A DNA stretch of 63,503 nt, the filler included, from Octopus bimaculoides (Eukaryota): NCBI RefSeq assembly GCF_001194135.2. It is 5 parts of 5 records of this genome, joined end to end, with 100 filler letters (N's around TTAATTAATTAA, not from the genome) between each part and the next. Parts side by side here need not be neighbours in the genome. Positions count along the whole stretch, not along the records: positions 1 to 25,878 come from NC_068989.1; positions 25,979 to 44,718 come from NC_068986.1; 3 more parts are not named here. One strand, written 5' to 3'. Position 1 is the first letter of the stretch; each line of letters opens with the position of its first letter. Both the position numbers and the translations under genes were made by a program. Below the pieces are notes generated by a model. That model searched no databases. It was not told the DNA's origin and was given only the letters and a program-made list of their open reading frames with translations. Positions 12,716-26,027 of this stretch are shown piece after piece.

Positions 12716-13423
12716 TTGATTGCGAAGGAATTATTGTGAGTGAAACTAACAGATTGCTGTGTAATGTGATTGTTTATGTTAACCATATATGCGATGTGTG
12801 TGTTGCTGTAATGCGCCTGCAGAAGCTGATGATTCATCAAACGGCGAAGCAGCTTCTACCGCGACACCAGGGCTAGCTGTCCGTGGTCACTGACCGATGT
12901 AGGTGACAAAATTATTCATCTACAGCAGCAAAACATTTGGTGAATCAGATGTAACTCTGGACCAATGCCCGTTCTTGTTCGTTCTTGTACGTTCTTGGTT
13001 GCCATACCGTGTTATGATCGGGAGGACCAAATGTGATTGCACCTAACAGATGACCTGGTGAAGGACAACCTTCAATCTTTAACTTAAATACCGTTCGTCA
13101 TCTGCCTGATCTTCTCCCTCTCTCTCTCTCTCTCTCATACATATACATACACACATACACGCATACAAAAATACCTTGTTGTTGATGTTGAAATTCCAAA
13201 GAAGGAGCTTTGGATCTAGGTTAGAAACCGGCTCTTTCTCTATTGGCAAGAAAGCTCGAAATAAAACTGAAAAATTACATACATACATGCATACATACAT
13301 ACATACATGCATACATACATACATATGTTCACATTGAACCGTCATACAGCTAGCACTATCTTTTCCCTTCTCTCAACTGAATACATCCCTCAAACTTCGT
13401 TTTGGACAATGGACTTACCTATC

Positions 13424-13485
<62 letters not shown>

Positions 13486-14963
13486 TCTTTCTTTCTCTCT
13501 TTTTCTCTTTCTCTGTATGTTTTATATATTCGATAATAACTAAATTTGCTCAATGTAAGTTGTGAGATTGGCTATTTTGATTTTTATGTGTTCCTATGCG
13601 TTAGGTCTTCTCTCTCTCCCTCACTTTCTCCTACTCTGTCTCACATTCTTCCTCTCTCTGTTTCTCTCTCCTTCCCTCTTTCCCTCTCTCTTTCTCTACC
13701 TTCCTCCCTCTTTCTCTCTCTCTCTCTCTCACGAAATACTCGTTCATTATACTTAATCGTTACTGTATCACTGTGTCTGTCGTTGCTGCTTATAGTAATA
13801 CTTTATTTCCCTCTTCCCACTCAGGCATCAAATATCCATTTATAGCTTTGCTAAGTATGTGATCTGTTGATAAATATTTCAGGCCATATAGCACTCTGTC
13901 ATGACGGTGATACGATACAAACTGCTGACTATTTGGTTTGTAATTTGAAAGCGTATCGATTCATTCAGTTGCGACTCTTCATGTTTATATAGGAGGAAGG
14001 AAATTGCAACCTCTTATAAATTTGGTCTAATATGTTAGAATGTGACATATTTTGTGCAGAAAATTATGTGGCATAACAATATCGAAAGGAAACTACAGGT
14101 ATTTCGTGGTTGATGACGTTGCATTATCGCTCCAATGATTTTTTCAGCAACACATCCGTTCCATTTTGTTTTCCAACATCTATACAAACTCACTTCCATT
14201 CTACGAACTAAACAATTTTAACAAACTATTTCCTTTTTTCATAAATTAATTTTTTTAAAAACATGAAATTTATGTATAATTAATAATGTGCATTATTCAT
14301 AAATAAAATTAAATTGATTTTAAACATGACTGGCATACTCGGTAGACCACCAGAGAAAAATGCGTTTTAATATTTAGGCTTAACCTGTTCGCGTCTCCAT
14401 TCTATTCGAGTTGCGATTGATTCTGACATTTGTTCATTAAGTACTGGTCAAGACTTGGTATAGATTCACTCGATGTCCAGATTACTTTGTACATTAACTA
14501 ATCTCAATAATATTTCCGAGAAAATTAGATGCAATGAACTAGTTCTCATTTCTTGTAAAGATTTACCTCTTATCATCTTAACGCTTCGCAAACTGTATAT
14601 AATTAACTATCCTCTTTCACTAATTACGCTAAGATTAACATGGTTGCATATCTTTATTATGCAAGAATATTTAAGTAGAATTTGTATAAATTGTGCAGAA
14701 TAAAGTATCTTAGTAGATTTACGGCTGACGATATTATTCAAAGAATATTTAAGTAGTATTAGAATAACACGTACAGAATAATGGATTCCTGTAGTTTATA
14801 ATCTTGTACAGTATTTTCAATCGACGGCTCAATGTGACAGCTGTCGTTTCTTACTTGTAATGACTTTGAATTTTGTACAAAATATATCTATGTTCGTCCT
14901 ACAATGCAAAGAGTTTTCTTACTGGAGTAAATTTTAAAGCATTTTAAACTCTAATTTTCAATG

Positions 14964-15344
14964 GTTGTTGGCACTCCGTCGCTTACGACGTCGAGGGTTC
15001 CAGTTGATCCGATCAACGGAACAGCCTGCTCGTGAAATTATCGTGCAAGTGGCTGAGCACTTCACAGATACGTGTACCCTTAACGTAGTTCTCGGGGATA
15101 TTCAGCGTGACACAGTGTGACAAGGCTGACCCTTTGAATTACAGGCACAACAGAAACAGGAAGTAAGAGTGGGAGAAAGTTGTGGTGAAAGAGTACAGCA
15201 GGGTTCGCCACCATCCCCTGCCGAAGCCTCGTGGAGCTTTAGGTATTTTCGCTCAATAAACAATCACAACGCCCGGTCTGGGAACCGAAACCGCGATCCT
15301 ATGACCGCGAGTCCGCTGCCCTAACCACTGGGCCATTGCGCCTC
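14964..15344 (-). mobile_element. SINE family B, full length
   Basis: Reverse complement of the family B sequence. Confidence 0.9.
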
Positions 15345-15731
15345 AACTCTTCAATGGTAAGAAGGTGCTAATTATGTTGTAAGTTATTGTTTTCTAGCCT
15401 TAATCCAGACCCAGTTAGTAAATCTATGACCAAAGCTGTTCCAATAGTGAATGATTTTCATACCGTCTATTATTTTCAGGTACACTGTATCTAAGACTAC
15501 ATTATTCTGGATGCTTATCGCCCATCTTCCCATTTTACGACGTTTGCGTGCATGATGAGGGAAATTTGACTGTTATTTCTAACAGAGGAAGGGACCACAT
15601 ATAGAAATATCTTCTATTGTCCCGGCGTAGTGACAGATTTCTCTTGGTAGTTTTGTGGCAAATCGCAACTATATTTAGCTGGAAATAACACTGAGCACAT
15701 TTACGGTTAAGATAGTTCCGATACTATAAAA

Positions 15732-16080
15732 CAGGGTTTCCCAAACATTTTTTTACCTATGGATCCCTTTGATTACTATCCTATTCTAGTGGACCCTACC
15801 ATAACCATTTGATCTTTAAGAACTAGTTTTATGCAAACTTCTGTCAAAATTATTATTTTGTTTTTTCACGCATTTCCTTCTGTAGGTCGCAGTACGTAAA
15901 ATGCTAGAGATAGAAATCTGTTTCTCGCAACACATAGCAATAGATACGTCTAAAGCAAACCTATTTTAGGGGCCAGTAAAATATTATTGTGGATTCCCAA
16001 TATATTATTTTGTTGTGTACACCCCTCCAAATCTTATATGGACCCTCAGAGGCCATATGGGCACCGGCTGAAAACCACGG
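15732..16080. mobile_element. hAT (Charlie-like) MITE
   Basis: Termini cagggtttcccaaac...ggctgaaaaccacgg resemble CAGTGGTTCTCAA-type TIRs; flanking 8-mers ctataaaa / cttttaaa match 6/8 (decayed TSD). Confidence 0.6.
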
Positions 16081-17369
16081 CTTTTAAATGATGAGGCTAA
16101 ATATACAACATAAACTCAATAGTTGGTTGATTCGCTTCCTTTCATGTCACGTCTGCGCACGAAGCAGCATTTTATACTCAGCAACTTTATAACAAATAGA
16201 ATCCGACACCAATTAAAAGTCTTCCACCACAACTTTCTCTCACTGTTACTTCCTGTTTCTGTTGTACCTATAATTCAAAGGGTCAACCTTGTCACACTGT
16301 GTCACGCTGAATATCCCCGAGAACTACATTAAGGGTACACGCATCTGTGGAGTGCTCAGCCACTTGCACGTTAATTTCACGAGCAAGCTGTTCCGTTGAT
16401 CGGATCATCTGGAACCCTCGACGTCGAAAGTGACGGAGTGCCAACAACTCCGAAATTGATAGCCTTGAGCCAAAATTTGAAATTAATATTATCGATAGCT
16501 GTTCATGACAGAAAGGGGTTTTTTTTTCTGAATTACAACTGTATTTTTTATTTACGTAGATTTATCTTATTCATTCTGCATAAGATCAAATCTGCGATAT
16601 ACAATGAAAACTATATATTCTGCAGCTATCGTCTTTTTATAAAACATCAGTGTACAAACCACATTGAACTCATAGATAAAACACCGAGAAATATAAGACG
16701 TATATGTGGTTTTGAAGCATTTGATGATTCGCTTACTTGTGTTCTGGCTGAGATGAAGGATTACGGACTGACAGTGCAAACGGAAGCCATTGATATTGTC
16801 GACGAAGTACAAAAAGAGACTGAAGGATATCGCACAGGATTTGATGTTGGTGTTACTGCTGATATTACTGATGTTGTCGATGTTACTGCTGCTGCAGTTG
16901 TTATTGTTGTTGTTGTTTATCGCCAAGGTCAGCACTGATCAACCAGACATATAGTCCAAGATGTTGCAATCATGATCATCCTATCTTGCTTCCAATCATT
17001 ATTCTGTGCTTTATTTGATAAGATGGATACTTCTATGAAAGTAATATAATGAGGATACGTGCAGTGAAAGAGAGAGTCGGATTTTTTTTTTTTCTTTTAT
17101 GGCGAATTTGAAAATCCATTTTATGACAAATAAATTTTATATAATACACTGAGAGACATCTTCGAAACTCCTCATAAATAACAAACTCTCAGTGTCATTG
17201 TTGTGTCGATGCCCCCAGGCGAGGAAGTAGTATCTCCCAAGACATATCAATAGAGGTAGTCTGGCCGTGGTAGGAGTGTTGAGTAGCAGTCGAGTAGCAG
17301 TTGTGTAGCGGTTGAGTAGAGATAATCCGAAGGTGCTAGATAGCAGTAGCTTGAGACATAACAATCATA

Positions 17370-17770
17370 TAAAGCGCAGGAATGGTTTTATGTTTAAGAC
17401 ACGCTTTGCAATCACGTAGTTTTGGGTTCTGTCCCACTACTTGGCACCTTTGGTGAGTGTCTTCTATTATAGCCTTGGGTCGAGCAACGCCTTGTGAATG
17501 AACTCTGTAGACGGAAACTGTGTGGAAGCCCGCTGCATGTGTGCGTGCCTATGTGCTTGTGTTTGTCTCTCCACCATCACCTCTTGACAACAAGTATCGT
17601 TTTCTTTACATTACTCGTATCTAGCAGTTTGGCAAAAGACACCGATGAAATACGTACCAGACTTTAAAAAAAAAAAAGAATAATTACTGAAGTCCATTTT
17701 TCCGAATAAATCTTTGAACGCGGTGCTTCAGCATGGCCGCAGTCTGATGAATGAAACAAATAAAAGATCA
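17370..17770 (+). mobile_element. Old, diverged SINE family A-like copy
   Basis: Degenerate matches to head, middle and tail in order. Confidence 0.6.
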
Positions 17771-18518
17771 AAGACACACAAAAGATGAACATATATCAAC
17801 CATATAGTTCTACCACGCGTTCTATCGATTAATTATAATACCATAGCAGAGCCACAAACGACTTGTAGAGAATTTTGACTGATAATTTTATTTGCTATAC
17901 AAGAGTAAAAGACTAAAAACGTTGCGTTATAAACGAAATACCACGATATGAACCTTGTGGTTATTTACAATATGTCGGCTATTTACACAGTCCGGTTTAT
18001 CATATTGACTATGGCGGATGTCAGTGAAAAAAATCCAGGCCTATTGTATAGACACTGAATATAACGGTTACACATACTAATGAACTATTTATATGAGCAA
18101 TGTATCTGCATGCTGTTGGTTAGTTCTAGTCGGCTTCTTGCAAGCAGTCTAGAGATAAATTTGTTATTTTTCCACCAAGCTGACACGAATTGATTCCCTC
18201 CCATCCTTGACCTCCAACTGGCTATTTGTTTCCCAGAAGCAATGGAATTCTAAACGGTCAGCAGGAATTGTTGTTAACCGTTTATCATGACATGACAGTG
18301 TTACGTAAGGCAAATATAATTATTTCTATTATTCAATGCTATTGAAGTAGCCTTTGTCGTAACCAACCGAGCGAAAGCTATACTGTCATTATTATTGTTA
18401 GTTTTATAAAAACAACATCAACAGAATGAATAATAACACCAACAGCAACAACAGCAACAACAACAACGCCAACAATGATGATGATGATGACGATGATCCT
18501 CATCATCATCATCATTAT

Positions 18519-18830
18519 AGCCATGTGTTTGGGGTTTGGATAATTCACCTCTGGAAACGTGGGTGTTTCTTTCAACATCCTTAAACAACCCTTATTAAGG
18601 GACTATTTGAGTGGGATGGGCTACTCGACCTGAAGAAAATTGTAACTGGGCCCCACCTGCGAGGTCATGCGCTGTTTATCTTGATATGAGATCGCCATGT
18701 CGCGCACATGTGGTTGTGATGCATGTGCCTGGTGTACCCTTATCAGACAGGTAATCATGATGGGTATATTGGGCTTCGTATATATTACCCCAGTGTCACT
18801 TTGATGGCATGCACTGCTTTCTCACCCACT
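18519..18830 (+). repeat. Probable interspersed repeat (SINE or LINE tail) ending in (ACT)n(AAT)n
   Basis: GC-richer block running into a trinucleotide tail; single copy in this window, recognised from recall only. Confidence 0.45.
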
Positions 18831-18850
18831 ACTACTACTACTACTACTAC

Positions 18851-18917
<67 letters not shown>

Positions 18918-19793
18918 GACAACAACAATAATANNNNNNNNNNNNNNNNNNNNNNNNNNNNNNNNNNNNNNNNNNNNNNNNNNNNNNNNNNNNNNNNNNN
19001 NNNNNNNNNNNNNNNNNNNNNNNNNNNNNNNNNNNNNNNNNNNNNNNNNNNNNNNNNNNNNNNNNNNNNNNNNNNNNNNNNNNNNNNNNNNNNNNNNNNN
19101 NNNNNNNNNNNNNNNNNNNNNNNNNNNNNNNNNNNNNNNNNNNNNNNNNNNNNNNNNNNNNNNNNNNNNNNNNNNNNNNNNNNNNNNNNNNNNNNNNNNN
19201 NNNNNNNNNNNNNNNNNNNNNNNNNNNNNNNNNNNNNNNNNNNNNNNNNNNNNNNNNNNNNNNNNNNNNNNNNNNNNNNNNNNNNNNNNNNNNNNNNNNN
19301 NNNNNNNNNNNNNNNNNNNNNNNNNNNNNNNNNNNNNNNNNNNNNNNNNNNNNNNNNNNNNNNNNNNNNNNNNNNNNNNNNNNNNNNNNNNNNNNNNNNN
19401 NNNNNNNNNNNNNNNNNNNNNNNNNNNNNNNNNNNNNNNNNNNNNNNNNNNNNNNNNNNNNNNNNNNNNNNNNNNNNNNNNNNNNNNNNNNNNNNNNNNN
19501 NNNNNNNNNNNNNNNNNNNNNNNNNNNNNNNNNNNNNNNNNNNNNNNNNNNNNNNNNNNNNNNNNNNNNNNNNNNNNNNNNNNNNNNNNNNNNNNNNNNN
19601 NNNNNNNNNNNNNNNNNNNNNNNNNNNNNNNNNNNNNNNNNNNNNNNNNNNNNNNNNNNNNNNNNNNNNNNNNNNNNNNNNNNNNNNNNNNNNNNNNNNN
19701 NNNNNNNNNNNNNNNNNNNNNNNNNNNNNNNNNNNNNNNNNNNNNNNNNNNNNNNNNNNNNNNNNNNNNNNNNNNNNNNNNNNNNNNNNNNNN

Positions 19794-19918
19794 ATCTTAC
19801 GCAAAACACTTTCAATACAGTAACCATAAGAGCATCACAGCAAACCACAGCACATACCCAAGGCACACAGAGCTGCGCTCGGTAGTGAAGTGAAAGCACG
19901 TTATAAAAGATAAAACTA

Positions 19919-19978
<60 letters not shown>
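19794..19978 (+). mobile_element. Probable 3' end of an R4/Dong-type (REL endonuclease) non-LTR retrotransposon in a (TAA)n tract
   Basis: An ORF ending ILRKTLSIQ* emerges from the gap, then a ~100-nt UTR and (AAT)n; (AAT)n also precedes the 860-N gap. Confidence 0.6.
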
Positions 19979-19980
<2 letters not shown>

Positions 19981-20364
19981 AAACCAAGCGATTTCTCTCC
20001 ATGCAGCCAACAATAGCTTCTTGTACTTCTGTAGTTGTTATGAGGTTCGCACAACAATCCATCTCACTTGCAACAGACCATCAAAAGTAGGTAATGAAAT
20101 CCATCCTGATATCTGATCCGCCATTTGTAATGAATGGTCGACCGAAGTACAGCTGGAAAGCCGTTCCCGACAGCTTGGTCTGCCTAACATTGTCCTTTCT
20201 CGTAAGTACCTTAATCAAAATAAATTTGTATCTACAATATACCATATTTTATTGAGTACTTTATCTTGAATTTATAGTTCTCACAGTTTTTTAAACGGGT
20301 GTTTAAAATATGAGTGCGTGCATGTGTGCACACGTTTGTTTGCGCATGCGTGCAAGTGAATATA

Positions 20365-20590
20365 TACATGTGGGGGTGCTGAATAGTTTCTAGTTTTGAG
20401 TAAATAAAAATACAGGAGGATCAGTTAATTATGAATTTATTCAACCTATTCCCCTCTCAGATTCACATACTTATTGCAGTGGCCCTTCAGTTTTTCTAAG
20501 CCCTCTAGAAGAACTCGAAAGTTTGGGCCTCCAGCCAGGCCTCTCGTGATTATCCTTAAAGCCAGAAACATTTCGGCACCCCATCGCATA
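20365..20590 (-). mobile_element. Mariner deletion derivative/MITE
   Basis: Imperfect TIRs (ggggtgctgaatagtttctagttttgag vs revcomp ggggtgccgaaatgtttctggctttaag) in TA context. The minus strand encodes a mariner-type C-terminus WLEAQTFEFF...GLEKLKGHCNKYVNLRGE.VE*. Confidence 0.75.
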
Positions 20591-21981
20591 TATTACATGT
20601 GTGTATAAATATATATATATATATATATANNNNNNNNNNNNNNNNNNNNNNNNNNNNNNNNNNNNNNNNNNNNNNNNNNNNNNNNNNNNNNNNNNNNNNN
20701 NNNNNNNNNNNNNNNNNNNNNNNNNNNNNNNNNNNNNNNNNNNNNNNNNNNNNNNNNNNNNNNNNNNNNNNNNNNNNNNNNNNNNNNNNNNNNNNNNNNN
20801 NNNNNNNNNNNNNNNNNNNNNNNNNNNNNNNNNNNNNNNNNNNNNNNNNNNNNNNNNNNNNNNNNNNNNNNNNNNNNNNNNNNNNNNNNNNNNNNNNNNN
20901 NNNNNNNNNNNNNNNNNNNNNNNNNNNNNNNNNNNNNNNNNNNNNNNNNNNNNNNNNNNNNNNNNNNNNNNNNNNNNNNNNNNNNNNNNNNNNNNNNNNN
21001 NNNNNNNNNNNNNNNNNNNNNNNNNNNNNNNNNNNNNNNNNNNNNNNNNNNNNNNNNNNNNNNNNNNNNNNNNNNNNNNNNNNNNNNNNNNNNNNNNNNN
21101 NNNNNNNNNNNNNNNNNNNNNNNNNNNNNNNNNNNNNNNNNNNNNNNNNNNNNNNNNNNNNNNNNNNNNNNNNNNNNNNNNNNNNNNNNNNNNNNNNNNN
21201 NNNNNNNNNNNNNNNNNNNNNNNNNNNNNNNNNNNNNNNNNNNNNNNNNNNNNNNNNNNNNNNNNNNNNNNNNNNNNNNNNNNNNNNNNNNNNNNNNNNN
21301 NNNNNNNNNNNNNNNNNNNNNNNNNNNNNNNNNNNNNNNNNNNNNNNNNNNNNNNNNNNNNNNNNNNNNNNNNNNNNNNNNNNNNNNNNNNNNNNNNNNN
21401 NNNNNNNNNNNNNNNNNNNNNNNNNNNNNNNNNNNNNNNNNNNNNNNNNNNNNNNNNNNNNNNNNNNNNNNNNNNNNNNNNNNNNNNNNNNNNNNNNNNN
21501 NTATATATATGTATGTATGTATGTATGTATATGTGTATATGTGTGTGTCTGTGTGTGTCGTTTATATTTGTATGTGCATATATACACACACATCTACACA
21601 CAATCACACACAAATACATAAGCAGATATACATATATATATATTTGTGTTTGTGCTCGCGCATGTATGTATGTACGTATGTATGGATGTATTTAGGCCCA
21701 CGTACGTAGGTATTAGGCATCATTCTTGAAGAGAATTACCATTATGGTATTAATTCAAAGCAAGCATGAATTATTCTTCATCTTAAATAAAAACACCAAA
21801 TTAATATTTAAGCGGAGATTAATTTTAGGGATTAATGCTTCAAGTTGTTACTTTTATTTATTTTCGGAATTTAATGTGTTTAGATTATGCTAAATAGCGA
21901 TTCCGGAACAATATGTGGAATAGTGTGTGTGTACGAGTAACAGTGTATGCGTGTGACGGTGCTTGTGCACTCATATGTGCA

Positions 21982-22044
<63 letters not shown>

Positions 22045-22987
22045 AAAGGCTCTGTGTGTGTATATATGAGTTAATGATTTTTTATGGACCTATGAGTATG
22101 AGCATAGTTGTACGCGTGTGTACGAGTGAAATGCACCAAACAGGGTTTTGCAGTCTACGTCCAACTGTACAGATATACAATGTTCTATTTCGGCCTTTTT
22201 GCCTAGAGTAGAAACGAATATTCATTGAACATCTGCCATATTTTATCTCCTTGGTTTTGTTACGTATTGATGAAACAATCGTTATATATCTCACACATAC
22301 TTTTTCATTGAAACACCGCGGTACATTTCTCTCCCAAAATTCCCAGATAAGTGGGTTTGTAGGAGAAGAAAATGATCCTAGCACTTCACTATTTCTTAAT
22401 TTTATTGACTCCACAAAGATAAATATCAGATCAAATTCAATTCCGGCAGGCTTTGAAAATAGAATGCAAAGGGATCCATCTAATCCCTATCAGTCATTTT
22501 GCGTCTAAGTCTTCTGATTAGGTAGATCAATAGTATAACATATGAGTGGGCACTGTCACATGTAAGTGGGCATCTTGTCATATTAATTGCTCTCCTAGAA
22601 ATATAAATCCTGCGGAAACAACTACGATTCTCATGCATTTTTGTGACTCTCTGCCGTTAACAAGAAAGCAAAAGCGAGAAAAAAATAATGTAAAAGTATA
22701 TCTTATGGTGTGTATGCTAAAATGGATTTAGCGCCATACTGTTTGGTTAAAATTGACAGTAACAATGTATTGTTTAGAAAGGACACTGCTGAGAGGGGTG
22801 AGAGCTTTGTTGTAAAGTATGTGTGATCGATAATGAATGAAAGTAGCCCATTTATGAGATGCAATCGCTATATGCTTGTACAAATATTGTATTTCTAAAT
22901 TCTCAATGCACCATAGAAGTTTGCCTTGATAGATCAGAGTGTGAAAGAAATAAAGCAAGCTATATACATACATACATACATACATAC

Positions 22988-23024
<37 letters not shown>

Positions 23025-23471
23025 NNNNNNNNNNNNNNNNNNNNNNNNNNNNNNNNNNNNNNNNNNNNNNNNNNNNNNNNNNNNNNNNNNNNNNNNNNNN
23101 NNNNNNNNNNNNNNNNNNNNNNNNNNNNNNNNNNNNNNNNNNNNNNNNNNNNNNNNNNNNNNNNNNNNNNNNNNNNNNNNNNNNNNNNNNNNNNNNNNNN
23201 NNNNNNNNNNNNNNNNNNNNNNNNNNNNNNNNNNNNNNNNNNNNNNNNNNNNNNNNNNNNNNNNNNNNNNNNNNNNNNNNNNNNNNNNNNNNNNNNNNNN
23301 NNNNNNNNNNNNNNNNNNNNNNNNNNNNNNNNNNNNNNNNNNNNNNNNNNNNNNNNNNNNNNNNNNNNNNNNNNNNNNNNNNNNNNNNNNNNNNNNNNNN
23401 NNNNNNNNNNNNNNNNNNNNNNNNNNNNNNNNNNNNNNNNNNNNNNNNNNNNNNNNNNNNNTATATATATA

Positions 23472-23506
<35 letters not shown>

Positions 23507-24138
23507 ATATATTATGTATATATATGCATGTATGTGTTTGTGTATGTATGTATAGGCACGTAAGCATATATATTTATGTACGAAAAAGATAAAGAGATGC
23601 GAATTGATACTGACAGAGCTAGATACACAAGAAAGAGAAGTGACAAGCAGAGAATGAAAAGCGAAGATTGGTTAGGTTTAATATAAAATCGAAACACACA
23701 ACATCCATCCATCCAGCTGAGAACTGATTTTACAACCATCACGATATTGGTGAATCAACTATGTGCAGTGGAATGGAAAAGAGAAATCGGTATTGGAGGT
23801 TCCCGGAACTAATCTATTGAAAGAAGTCGATGTTCATTTTCGGTGATTACAAATCACGTGTAGCGAATCATTCTGAAAATGAGCGAGTTGCTGTGATGTT
23901 GAGAAGATAAAGTCAACATGGCTGCCTCTAATTGAGATGCACCAGTTATAAACATGTTTCCATAGCCAAAAGCCGGCAAGATTTATCGTTAAGGACAGGT
24001 TAAATCAGCTCATTAACAAATAGTAGTGAGAGTCTGTATGTATGTATTCATGTATGCATGCTCGAATATGTCTACATGTATTATGTATGTATGTATATAA
24101 GTATGCACACACACATAATATATATACATACATATATA

Positions 24139-24174
<36 letters not shown>

Positions 24175-25878
24175 NNNNNNNNNNNNNNNNNNNNNNNNNN
24201 NNNNNNNNNNNNNNNNNNNNNNNNNNNNNNNNNNNNNNNNNNNNNNNNNNNNNNNNNNNNNNNNNNNNNNNNNNNNNNNNNNNNNNNNNNNNNNNNNNNN
24301 NNNNNNNNNNNNNNNNNNNNNNNNNNNNNNNNNNNNNNNNNNNNNNNNNNNNNNNNNNNNNNNNNNNNNNNNNNNNNNNNNNNNNNNNNNNNNNNNNNNN
24401 NNNNNNNNNNNNNNNNNNNNNNNNNNNNNNNNNNNNNNNNNNNNNNNNNNNNNNNNNNNNNNNNNNNNNNNNNNNNNNNNNNNNNNNNNNNNNNNNNNNN
24501 NNNNNNNNNNNNNNNNNNNNNNNNNNNNNNNNNNNNNNNNNNNNNNNNNNNNNNNNNNNNNNNNNNNNNNNNNNNNNNNNNNNNNNNNNNNNNNNNNNNN
24601 NNNNNNNNNNNNNNNNNNNNNNNNNNNNNNNNNNNNNNNNNNNNNNNNNNNNNNNNNNNNNNNNNNNNNNNNNNNNNNNNNNNNNNNNNNNNNNNNNNNN
24701 NNNNNNNNNNNNNNNNNNNNNNNNNNNNNNNNNNNNNNNNNNNNNNNNNNNNNNNNNNNNNNNNNNNNNNNNNNNNNNNNNNNNNNNNNNNNNNNNNNNN
24801 NNNNNNNNNNNNNNNNNNNNNNNNNNNNNNNNNNNNNNNNNNNNNNNNNNNNNNNNNNNNNNNNNNNNNNNNNNNNNNNNNNNNNNNNNNNNNNNNNNNN
24901 NNNNNNNNNNNNNNNNNNNNNNNNNNNNNNNNNNNNNNNNNNNNNNNNNNNNNNNNNNNNNNNNNNNNNNNNNNNNNNNNNNNNNNNNNNNNNNNNNNNN
25001 NNNNNNNNNNNNNNNNNNNNNNNNNNNNNNNNNNNNNNNNNNNNNNNNNNTATATATATATATATATATATATTATTTATGCTCCCTTTTAAAGCCTAGC
25101 CAGGCTCATGGGCCCGGTTTCCCGGTTTCTATAGCGTATGTGTTCCCTCCCAGTTGGACGGGACGCCAGTCCATCGCAGCTTTACTCAAGAAATAGGAAG
25201 AAAGAGTGAGAGAAAGTTGGGGCGAAAGAGAACAATAGGGGTCACCACCACCCAGTGCCGGAACCTCGTGGAGCTTTAGGTGTTTTCGCTCAATAAACGC
25301 ACACAACGCCCGGTCTGGGAATCGAAACCGTGATCCTCCGACCGCGAGTCCATCCCGTTTCGTTATATTTTTGTCCCATCCCCGGCAAGTTTCTTGCCGG
25401 TGCCTCCAGAATGGAAGCAATATTATCGATAAAGGCCGAAATTGCGCTAGACCCTCTGACCGATAACTGAAGAGGAATTGATGAAGTCAACCTCAGTGGA
25501 ATTTGAACTCAGAACGTAAAGACGGACGAAATGCCGCTACGCATTTTGTTCGGCGTGCTAACGATCCGGCCAGCGCGCCGCCTTACACTACAGTTATTGA
25601 TTTCATTTCAAATTTCGGCACAAGGTCAATTTTGTCGGTGGCGGGGGGTTAAGTCGATTACGTCAACCCTAACCTTCAACTGGTACTTAGTTTATCGATC
25701 CCGAAGAAGATGAAATGTAAAATCAAACACAGCGGAATTTGAACTCAGAGAGTAAAGACGAACGAAATGCCGCTAAGCAGTTTATCTGGTATCCTATCGA
25801 TTCTGTTAGTTACATATTAAAATTATAATTATTACGGACTATTAATCTTATTAGATGACAATAATGACATTACTGATG

Positions 25879-25978
25879 NNNNNNNNNNNNNNNNNNNNNN
25901 NNNNNNNNNNNNNNNNNNNNNNTTAATTAATTAANNNNNNNNNNNNNNNNNNNNNNNNNNNNNNNNNNNNNNNNNNNN
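25879..25978. other. Artificial 100-bp scaffold join (44 N + TTAATTAATTAA + 44 N); same at 44719-44818, 57593-57692, 61540-61639
   Basis: Identical length and an identical six-frame-stop palindrome in four places. Confidence 0.92.

Positions 25979-26027
<49 letters not shown>

Noticed and set aside
13190-13265. ggttaGAAACcggctc, hammerhead-like 3' half
   Set aside because: The upstream core reads CAAAGA and stem I does not pair.
16396-16938. 180-aa ORF with a protein-like middle section
   Set aside because: It starts inside a SINE and ends in a (GTT)n-like tract, with no convincing splice or domain signal. The gagactgaaggat segment suggests a decayed LINE 3' end.
25923-25934. TTAATTAATTAA palindrome inside N runs (4 sites)
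   Set aside because: Always centred in a 100-bp gap; an artificial six-frame-stop spacer, not biology.
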